A stretch of 20,000 nucleotides of DNA from an uncultured virus (IMG/VR IMGVR_UViG_3300027736_000024) (taxonomy: Duplodnaviria; Heunggongvirae; Uroviricota; Caudoviricetes), in IMG/VR virus record IMGVR_UViG_3300027736_000024, positions 116,127-136,126 of that record, one strand, 5' to 3'. Shown here piece after piece: positions 1 to 5,998 of this stretch. The notes under the pieces were generated by a model. That model did not search any database, had not been told where the DNA came from, and worked only from the letters and a program-made list of their open reading frames with translations. The first letter of the stretch is position 1; the number at the start of each line of letters is the position of its first letter. The translations under genes and the position numbers were made by a program.

Positions 1-2
1 AG

Positions 3-539
3 AATCTACTCCAGTTTTATCATGGATCTACAGATAAGAATCTAGCAGGTAAGAATGGAATACATGTAGGATCTAAACTTGCAGCAACTCAAGCACTCCA
101 AGCAAGAATAGGAGTTCCTGCTGAAGGTGAATGGGATGGTACAAGAGAATACGGTAAGACTAAACTAGCAGGAAAGAAAACCTTAGATAGAAGAGAAAAG
201 GAATTAGGATATTTCTTAAAAACAGGATATAATACTCAATCTGAAGTACCTGAAGTACCTGAAGAAGATTATTACCCTGAAGACAGAGGTAAATTGCCAA
301 CTTATTCGGATGGTACACATATAAGTTTAGACTCTAAACCTATAATATTTCCTGTGAAGATCAAAGGACCGATGAATAATACCGTAAGAAACCCGAAGAC
401 AGATATGGCAGCAAACTCACTCATGATGAGAGGACTAAGGAAAGGAAATGCCCGAAACGGATTCTATTATATAAATGATGGAGAAGATGAAGGATCAATA
501 TCTGCTGTAGTACCAAATAAAGATTGGTTAAGTTATTAA
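3..539 (+). CDS. 5'-truncated ADP-ribosyltransferase-fold-like protein (ART-PolyVal-like)
   Basis: The frame of track ORF 294..539 is open back to position 3 (NLLQFYHGSTDKNLAGKNGIHVGSKLAATQALQARIG...). Motifs FYHGS, GIHVGS..AA and YYINDGEDEGSISAVVP resemble the ART pattern YHGT / G.HFGT / Y.N..E..GS.S. The start lies upstream of the window. Confidence 0.6.
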   Translation, partial: NLLQFYHGSTDKNLAGKNGIHVGSKLAATQALQARIGVPAEGEWDGTREYGKTKLAGKKTLDRREKELGYFLKTGYNTQSEVPEVPEEDYYPEDRGKLPTYSDGTHISLDSKPIIFPVKIKGPMNNTVRNPKTDMAANSLMMRGLRKGNARNGFYYINDGEDEGSISAVVPNKDWLSY

Positions 540-583
540 AACGACTGGCTCAAGAAATAATAAAGGATATAATAAACACCAGA

Positions 584-781
584 ATGATAGATAAGAATAT
601 GGGTAATAAGAAAACCTCAACCCCTAATACTAATATAGAAAGTAAACCATTAACCCCAAAGGATAGAGAAGCCATAAGCCTGTGGATACTAAAGGCCAAA
701 CAAGACAAGGCACAAAGCTGGCTCGGTAAATGGTATTGGCAAATACGAATAGATAAGGAAAAGAATAAGAAGCAGGGCTAG
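584..781 (+). CDS. small basic hypothetical protein
   Basis: Track ORF 524..781 overlaps the previous gene. In-frame ATGs at 584 and 599 follow an A-rich leader and are more likely starts. Trp-rich basic C-terminus, followed by a terminator. Confidence 0.55.
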   Translation: MIDKNMGNKKTSTPNTNIESKPLTPKDREAISLWILKAKQDKAQSWLGKWYWQIRIDKEKNKKQG

Positions 782-804
782 AAGGATCTAGCCTTTCTCA
801 TTTT
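776..804 (+). terminator. intrinsic terminator
   Basis: GGCTAGA-agga-TCTAGCC hairpin (776-793) followed by tttctcatttt. Confidence 0.6.
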
Positions 805-869
805 ATGTGAATCTGGATATAAGAGAATAAAGATATACTAAGAAAAAAAGAGTAGCCATAAAATATAAA

Positions 870-917
870 GTGTAGAAGGGTGTTAGAATGTGTCAATTTG
901 TGTTAGAAAGTGTAGAA
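870..917. repeat. five GTGT(T)AGAA-like units in exact 10-bp phase
   Basis: GTGT starts at 870, 880, 890, 900 and 910 (gtgtagaa, gtgttagaa, gtgtcaat, gtgttagaa, gtgtagaa). Confidence 0.75.
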
Positions 918-957
918 ACTAGAATCTATAGGAAGTAGCCGTATCCTGCCCGCGTCA

Positions 958-986
958 CCTAAGTGATTGATTATCAACGGGTTAGG
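958..986. promoter_or_regulatory. spaced palindrome, operator-like
   Basis: CCTAA-gtga-TTGAT-t-ATCAA-cggg-TTAGG. It has the same TAA-N4-TTG-N5-CAA core as the sites at 1007 and 2041-2115. Confidence 0.6.
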
Positions 987-1006
987 AATTATAAATAAAG
1001 ATATAC

Positions 1007-1105
1007 ATAACTGATTGGTTACCAATAAAAACTTTCAAAAATAGTTACTCTAAAATTTTTTTATCTGACGGATTTGTCTTAATTTTACTATGTAACAAAT
1101 CAATA
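1007..1105 (+). promoter_or_regulatory. operator + promoter module, copy 1
   Basis: ATAACTGATTGGTTACCAATAAAAACTTT ... TTTTTTTAT-N15-TAATTTTACTATGTAACAAATCAATA, nearly collinear with 2094-2191. Confidence 0.75.
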
Positions 1106-1414
1106 ATGACTATGGACAGAATGACTATCCGCCTTACCTCCTCTAGATCTTATGCAAGACTTGCTAAAGCAGTAATTGACATGAATAAGAATATCTATGG
1201 CAATGAGATCTTTGCCGAAGACAGGATCGAATTTAAAGATGCTTATGATGCTGATGGGAACCTAACCCACTTTGAGATCACGGGAACAGCATTAGATATG
1301 TTCCAGATCGGCCTAAGATATGGACACATGGAAGAAAGGGAACACCTATCACCTTATTTAAGAGATATCTACAAAGACATCTTTACTCCTACACCAGAAA
1401 CCATTGCACAGTAA
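1106..1414 (+). CDS. hypothetical protein (early-type)
   Basis: 102-aa ORF directly behind promoter module 1. No family recognised. Confidence 0.75.
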   Translation: MTMDRMTIRLTSSRSYARLAKAVIDMNKNIYGNEIFAEDRIEFKDAYDADGNLTHFEITGTALDMFQIGLRYGHMEEREHLSPYLRDIYKDIFTPTPETIAQ

Positions 1415-1436
1415 TTAAAAAATAAAAATATATAAT

Positions 1437-1649
1437 ATGAAGATGAATGAATTAAAGAGGCTAGCGACAATGACTAGCACACAGTATCAGACAGAGAATC
1501 CTAATTATGAACCAATGTTCCCTGCCGGTTGGGAAGCCGATAAGAATTGGCCAGACCTATCAGTGAATAACTATGACAGCTTCAGATCTACCCAGATCCA
1601 GATCGATGACTATCAAGAACGTATGGCTGGCTGCTACGATACAGAATAA
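1437..1649 (+). CDS. hypothetical protein
   Basis: 70-aa ORF with an A-rich leader, in tandem with its neighbours. Confidence 0.65.
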   Translation: MKMNELKRLATMTSTQYQTENPNYEPMFPAGWEADKNWPDLSVNNYDSFRSTQIQIDDYQERMAGCYDTE

Positions 1650-1693
1650 AAGTGTGGCACTTAGAAGATCGGCAATAACAGGTTCAAAAGATT

Positions 1694-1716
1694 GTCTTAT
1701 ATTTACTATATAACAA
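1694..1716 (+). promoter_or_regulatory. promoter-like motif (-7 element type)
   Basis: GTCTTATATTTACTATATAACAA matches the proximal half of modules 1 and 2 (CTTAATTTTACTATRTAACAA) but lacks the upstream T-run. Confidence 0.65.
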
Positions 1717-1741
1717 TTAGCAATAAACAAAACAAACAGTT

Positions 1742-1987
1742 ATGCAAAATTCAAACAGGCCTTCGAGCTACCAAAAGTTGACTTACATCCAAAAGGTAAG
1801 TCGTATTAATCGCAAGCTCCGTACTGGAGACATCACAACCGTAGCTGAGACTACCGGTTTTTCTACTACTCACGTATCTGACGTGATCTCTGGTAAGTAC
1901 TTCAACGACAAGATCGTTAATGAAGCTTACGACATGACGCGTGGTCGTCTGTCAAATGCTGTTAAGCTTACTAGCTTAGAGGCATAG
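1742..1987 (+). CDS. small helix-turn-helix DNA-binding protein
   Basis: 81 aa and basic. ITTVAETTGFSTTHVSDVISGK fits an XRE/Cro-like HTH pattern (A..TG.S...VS.V..GK). Confidence 0.7.
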   Translation: MQNSNRPSSYQKLTYIQKVSRINRKLRTGDITTVAETTGFSTTHVSDVISGKYFNDKIVNEAYDMTRGRLSNAVKLTSLEA

Positions 1988-2013
1988 TCTATTCACTTTT
2001 ATGATTTGTTACC

Positions 2014-2043
2014 GGCCTGGGGTTTCTACCCTGGGCCTTTTTT
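2014..2043 (+). terminator. intrinsic terminator
   Basis: GGCCTGGGGT-ttct-ACCCTGGGCC 10-bp stem with two G.U pairs, followed by T6. Confidence 0.85.
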
Positions 2044-2115
2044 ATAACCCATTGATACTCAATACTTTATAACCCATTGATTTCCAATGCTTTATAACTA
2101 GTTGATTGCCAATAA
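2041..2115. repeat. three tandem 25-bp operator-like repeats
   Basis: tttataacccattgatactcaatac / tttataacccattgatttccaatgc / tttataactagttgattgccaataa, each with an internal TTG-N5-CAA dyad. Confidence 0.85.
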
Positions 2116-2192
2116 AAACTTTTGGAAAACACTAAAATAAATTTTTTTATGTCACCGGAATGGCTTAATTTTACTATATAACAAATCAATAA
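2094..2192 (+). promoter_or_regulatory. operator + promoter module, copy 2
   Basis: ATAACTAGTTGATTGCCAATAAAAACTTT ... TTTTTTTAT-N15-TAATTTTACTATATAACAAATCAATAA, collinear with 1007-1105 apart from one net indel. Confidence 0.75.
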
Positions 2193-2196
2193 CAGT

Positions 2197-2619
2197 ATGA
2201 CACAGATTATCAACACAACAAACATTCAAGAAATTGACTTTATCACAGGTAGAACAGGAGAGTACAGAGCTATATCAAAGGTTAGAGCCGGGTTCATGGT
2301 AGTGGTTGAAGATCTAGGGATCCAAAATAAATGGTCTACAGGAGCCGAGTGGAAGAAGGCTATCGATGTTTTCAGAAGCTTTAAGAAAGGTGCACTCCAA
2401 ACAATCCAATTCCGTGCAGAAGGTACAGATCATTGGTTGACTGTATTCGCCAAAGCAGGTACTAAGATTAAGATCATGGATGCTCAGATGTTCAGAGATA
2501 TGGAAGTTGGAGACATCAATCAAAATTGGAGTAACACTAATCTCTGTGATCAGAAACAATATGCCATGGTAAATGCCAAGACTTGGGCAAGTAAAGCATT
2601 TGTTAAGAATGCTGCCTAA
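2197..2619 (+). CDS. hypothetical protein (early-type)
   Basis: 140-aa ORF directly behind promoter module 2. No family recognised. Confidence 0.8.
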   Translation: MTQIINTTNIQEIDFITGRTGEYRAISKVRAGFMVVVEDLGIQNKWSTGAEWKKAIDVFRSFKKGALQTIQFRAEGTDHWLTVFAKAGTKIKIMDAQMFRDMEVGDINQNWSNTNLCDQKQYAMVNAKTWASKAFVKNAA

Positions 2620-2632
2620 CTCTAAAGATAAA

Positions 2633-2671
2633 TTTTTTACTCTCAAAATAAAGTCTTATATTACATTATAA
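2633..2671 (+). promoter_or_regulatory. degenerate promoter-like motif
   Basis: TTTTTTAC-N16-TATATTAC, sharing GTCTTATATT with the 1694 motif. Sits upstream of the DUF932 gene. Confidence 0.5.
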
Positions 2672-2686
2672 ATTAAAATAAAGGTT

Positions 2687-3490
2687 ATGTCAAAATTATC
2701 AATGTCAGCTATCAGTCCTATCAGTTTAGAAACAGCAAGAGAACAAGCACCAGCTATCTTCGCAACCTCACCGGCTCCTACAATCAAGAGTCCTAAGTAT
2801 CAGTTCACACCTACCTTCGAGGTTATTGACCACATGAAAAACATGGGGTACGAGTTAACAGCTGCTAAGCAGTCTAGATCTGGAGTAGACCTTCGTAAGA
2901 ATTGGGGTATCCACATCACTGAGTTCCAACATCCTGATCTCTACATCAAGGATCCTCAAGGTGATATCGAGGCACGTCCAACAGTTGTACTAATCAACTC
3001 TCACGATGGTACACGCCCACTTCAATTTGAGATGGGTCTCTTCCGTCTTGTATGTTCTAATGGTCTGATCATCAAAGACAAAGACTTGGGATCATTCCGT
3101 GAAAGGCACACTAAGTACAACTTCCAAGAGGTTAAGGACCTGATCGATTCAAAGGTGTCTGGACTTCAAGATGTTGTGGGTAAGATAAGCCAATGGAATA
3201 TGGTAGAGATGACAGACAAACAAAGGTATCAGTTTGCTGTAGAAGCCTTGGCCTTAAGATTGAATACCGATCGTCAGCCTGAACAGTACGAGGTACTAGA
3301 TATCCTTAACGCTAAACGTAAGGTAGATGCCCAACCTACACTATGGCACACCTACAATACCGTACAGGAGAACCTGATCAAAGGCGGCTTCCAATTGAAC
3401 AACCGTCAGGCTAGGGCTATCAAAAACCCTGTAGAGGATCTAGTTCTTAACCAAGGCCTATGGCAGTTGGCTGATGCTTACGCTAACTAA
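2687..3490 (+). CDS. DUF932 (DUF945-like) domain protein
   Basis: Characteristic motifs AP.IFA, Y.F.PT..V, LINSHDGT, GLFRLVCSNGL, LW..YN.VQENLIKGG and LN..LW..A. Confidence 0.9.
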   Translation: MSKLSMSAISPISLETAREQAPAIFATSPAPTIKSPKYQFTPTFEVIDHMKNMGYELTAAKQSRSGVDLRKNWGIHITEFQHPDLYIKDPQGDIEARPTVVLINSHDGTRPLQFEMGLFRLVCSNGLIIKDKDLGSFRERHTKYNFQEVKDLIDSKVSGLQDVVGKISQWNMVEMTDKQRYQFAVEALALRLNTDRQPEQYEVLDILNAKRKVDAQPTLWHTYNTVQENLIKGGFQLNNRQARAIKNPVEDLVLNQGLWQLADAYAN

Positions 3491-3548
3491 TCGGGTTAGA
3501 GAGGCGAGGTGCTAGTGCCTTACTAGTGCCTTGCTCTCGACCTTTAGC
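3482..3548 (+). other. long RNA hairpin at the 3' end of the DUF932 gene
   Basis: 3504-3516 pairs with 3522-3534 (three G.U pairs). The stem extends through bulges to 3493/3543, and GCTAA (3482) can pair with TTAGC (3544). Confidence 0.55.
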
Positions 3549-3678
3549 ATCGAGCTAGCATGATGGCAAAGGGATAGTTCTTGTAGATAGGGGCTTGCTG
3601 GCAGGGGGCCCCGCGTTGACCCATCCTGCACACCGGGGAAATTCCCAAAACCCCATAAAATATAAATATAAATTTACA

Positions 3679-3891
3679 ATGGATAATAATATAATAGACT
3701 CACTAAAGCGCTTAAGAGAAAACACGACCTTCATAGAGTTTGATGATATCCTTAATAATATAAAAAGAGCAAATGATCTTGGTGATCTAGATCGATACCT
3801 AGATTCAGTAGAATTTCTAATAGATGCTAAAAATTGTGATCTAGCCGAAGCCTTTGAAAAAGCAATTGTTGATCTCATTTCAGAACCGTAA
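3679..3891 (+). CDS. hypothetical acidic protein (70 aa)
   Basis: The track ORF starts at TTG 3595 inside a GC-rich structured patch. The in-frame ATG at 3679 (MDNNIIDSL...) after an AT-rich leader is more plausible. Confidence 0.7.
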   Translation: MDNNIIDSLKRLRENTTFIEFDDILNNIKRANDLGDLDRYLDSVEFLIDAKNCDLAEAFEKAIVDLISEP

Positions 3892-3922
3892 GCGATTTTT
3901 AAATATATAAAAAATAAAAGTT

Positions 3923-4216
3923 ATGTCAAAGAAACTATTTGAAAAGGTCTATCCGTTTGGATTCGAAGTTAATAAGTTTGAAGGAGATCGGAACTACACT
4001 ATTACCGGAAATCTTAGAAGAGAGTATTGCTTTAAGGAATACGGTAGTAACTATGATGTTGAGGAACATATACAGGAGCATATAAATTGTGAAGGGATCG
4101 GTTTTGATTCAGAGTTCAGCCAGTTTTTCGCTTATGCGGATACAGAAGAGAGAGCCATACAGTTTTGTGAAGATATCCAGGCTTGGTTTGGGAATATAAA
4201 AGAGTTAGTAGGTTAA
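3923..4216 (+). CDS. hypothetical protein
   Basis: 97-aa ORF. Its leader AAAATAAAAGTTATG is shared with the gene at 4578 and nearly with 2687. Confidence 0.8.
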   Translation: MSKKLFEKVYPFGFEVNKFEGDRNYTITGNLRREYCFKEYGSNYDVEEHIQEHINCEGIGFDSEFSQFFAYADTEERAIQFCEDIQAWFGNIKELVG

Positions 4217-4245
4217 TAATTAAATAAAAACAAAAACAGAATAAC

Positions 4246-4389
4246 ATGAGCGAATTCAGAGTCATTTCAACAGTCAGTCTTGAGAATTTTTCAGAAGTAG
4301 TAACAAAGTATCTACAACAGGGTTTTGAGCTTTGGGGAGATCCATTCTTTGCTAATGGTAATTTTTGCCAGGCTATAACTAAAAAGTAA
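4246..4389 (+). CDS. DUF1737-like small protein (not in ORF track)
   Basis: MSEFRVISTVSLENFSEVVTKYLQQGFELWGDPFFANGNFCQAITKK (47 aa). The pattern F...V...L..GF.L.G.P......QA..K is typical of DUF1737. Confidence 0.75.
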   Translation: MSEFRVISTVSLENFSEVVTKYLQQGFELWGDPFFANGNFCQAITKK

Positions 4390-4392
4390 TAT

Positions 4393-4554
4393 ATGTCAAA
4401 ATTACTTATAACAATCTTGGTTATTTGCCTAATCAGTACGATTGCTATATTTGCCTTTGTTAGATCCGGTGAATGGTTAGTGGAAAAGTTCCCCCATTCC
4501 GGGTTTAGCAGATGGTGGAGAAGAAACGTAGTAGATAGAGATCCTTGGGAATAA
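4393..4554 (+). CDS. small single-pass membrane protein (not in ORF track)
   Basis: MSKLLITILVICLISTIAIFAFVRSGEWLVEKFPHSGFSRWWRRNVVDRDPWE (53 aa). Starts 3 nt after the previous stop. Confidence 0.7.
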   Translation: MSKLLITILVICLISTIAIFAFVRSGEWLVEKFPHSGFSRWWRRNVVDRDPWE

Positions 4555-4577
4555 TAAAATAATAAAAAATAAAAGTT

Positions 4578-4820
4578 ATGGAAGTTTTAGAATTGATAAA
4601 GCAATTGAGTAAGGAAGAGATCCGTGAGTTATTAGGCTACCTAGAGCAACTCAATGAAGCAGGCCTTATAGAAGAATTTATCTACAAAGTGGATCCGGAA
4701 AGGGTAGCCGAGACTATGTATTATGCCTATTATGATCTCATGATCGATTCCGAAACCGGGAAATGGAAGCCCGAATTCCAAAAGCTATTCCCAAGCCCGG
4801 GGAAAGATCCAATCTATTAA
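4578..4820 (+). CDS. hypothetical acidic protein
   Basis: 80-aa ORF with the AAAATAAAAGTTATG leader. Confidence 0.75.
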   Translation: MEVLELIKQLSKEEIRELLGYLEQLNEAGLIEEFIYKVDPERVAETMYYAYYDLMIDSETGKWKPEFQKLFPSPGKDPIY

Positions 4821-4839
4821 AAAGAATAAATATGAATTT

Positions 4840-4941
4840 ATGGTTCAATTTGTGATCATTTGGTATCTAGTATTCGCAGGCACACTATTTGTACTAGAAT
4901 GTTACCGATTCTTTAAAGATGGCTATAATGAAGAAAACTAA
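4840..4941 (+). CDS. very small membrane peptide (not in ORF track)
   Basis: MVQFVIIWYLVFAGTLFVLECYRFFKDGYNEEN (33 aa) with one hydrophobic helix. It fills the gap between neighbours. Confidence 0.5.
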   Translation: MVQFVIIWYLVFAGTLFVLECYRFFKDGYNEEN

Positions 4942-4975
4942 ACACTATTTTTTAAAAAGCTTTAAATCCGAATTT

Positions 4976-5203
4976 ATGAAAAAAGAGAAGATTGACTACA
5001 CACCTCATTTCTTGACACATGTTCCAGGAGGCCGGAGGTTAGATATCGTATACCAATCAGGTAAAACCTTTAGACAGAATAACTGCCACTATCCAGAAAG
5101 GTACGTTAGGACTTTAATAGATAAACCTGAATTGGAACCAGTTCGTGAGGCATACTATAATGGAAAACCTTTTTACTTCAATGGTAAATTCAATTTCTCA
5201 TGA
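4976..5203 (+). CDS. hypothetical basic protein
   Basis: Track ORF 4919..5203. The ATG at 4976 (MKKEKIDY) avoids overlap with the upstream peptide. Confidence 0.65.
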   Translation: MKKEKIDYTPHFLTHVPGGRRLDIVYQSGKTFRQNNCHYPERYVRTLIDKPELEPVREAYYNGKPFYFNGKFNFS

Positions 5204-5328
5204 AGAGGCGAGATCGATTAAATAGGCTAGAGGATCTAGGGTTTTATATAGCCATGATGTTTACCTCTATAATAATAGGTTTCTTTATACTAGGTGCCAT
5301 TGGAAAGATAGCCTCACTTTTTTGGTAA
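5200..5328 (+). CDS. small single-pass membrane protein (not in ORF track)
   Basis: ATGA overlap with the previous stop. MKRRDRLNRLEDLGFYIAMMFTSIIIGFFILGAIGKIASLFW (42 aa) has a basic N-terminus and a TM helix. Confidence 0.65.
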   Translation: MKRRDRLNRLEDLGFYIAMMFTSIIIGFFILGAIGKIASLFW

Positions 5329-5381
5329 TTGATAAATTTGTATATATGATATTTTAGGGCCCCTTCAAAAACGTGCTTTTT

Positions 5382-5669
5382 ATGACATTCATAATTGTTT
5401 TACTTGCTGCAAGTATTATTATTGGTATAGCTTATTGTCTTAGAAAATTTCTATGGTATATAACTTGGTTTCTATTTAGTCTAGCTATGCTAGGGCTTCC
5501 TGCCATGTTCATAGATCTTGAGATTGGCTTATCAATGATAATCTATGGCTTAGTTATATTGCTAGGAACCTGGCTACTCATATACGCGTCTGCGGCTATT
5601 GTTGCCTTTGTTGCTATACCTATCGCTATTCTTGTAGCTTTTTTTAAAAGCATTTTTAAAATACGCTAA
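5382..5669 (+). CDS. multi-pass membrane protein
   Basis: Almost entirely hydrophobic (3-4 helices) with a basic C-terminus. ATG 5382 is preferred over GTG 5373. Confidence 0.7.
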   Translation: MTFIIVLLAASIIIGIAYCLRKFLWYITWFLFSLAMLGLPAMFIDLEIGLSMIIYGLVILLGTWLLIYASAAIVAFVAIPIAILVAFFKSIFKIR

Positions 5670-5695
5670 TATTTATTAATAATAAAAATAATATA

Positions 5696-5947
5696 ATGAG
5701 TAAGAAATTTAACTATGAAGTATACCTGAGAAACAATCCTCTACTTTCAGAAGCTTCGGGAGAAGACGAAACAAGCTCCGAGTGGCAAGAGGGCAGGATG
5801 ATGATGATAGGTGGAGATAAAATAGGCAGCGCAGTAGAAGATCTATTACAAAATAAGTACGCTCCTGAAGACATTTTAAAACTGTGTCAAAAGATCGTAG
5901 ATCAAAAACAGAAGCGCATGCAAGATTATCAAAACAAATTAAAGTAG
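5696..5947 (+). CDS. hypothetical protein, possible internal head protein
   Basis: N-terminus KKFNYEVYLRNNPLLSE resembles that of the next gene. Both have the leader AAAATAATATAATG. Confidence 0.7.
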   Translation: MSKKFNYEVYLRNNPLLSEASGEDETSSEWQEGRMMMIGGDKIGSAVEDLLQNKYAPEDILKLCQKIVDQKQKRMQDYQNKLK

Positions 5948-5998
5948 AAAAATTCCGAGTTTTTTACTAAAAAGAATTGACTATATAAAAATAATATA

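Noticed and set aside
243..264. gaagtacct tandem duplication
   Set aside because: Short in-frame coding repeat (EVPEVPE) with no further significance visible.
2041..2115. Possible mini-CRISPR array
   Set aside because: The 25-bp units are directly adjacent with no spacers and there are no cas genes. They are better explained as operator repeats.
2314..2646. Minus-strand 110-aa ORF
   Set aside because: Antisense shadow of 2197..2619, which has a promoter module and fits the + strand gene run.
3595..3678. N-terminal extension of ORF 3595..3891
   Set aside because: TTG start within a GC-rich structured patch. ATG 3679 has the typical AT-rich leader.
3555..3878. Minus-strand 107-aa ORF
   Set aside because: Antisense to 3679..3891 with shadow-like S/R-rich composition.
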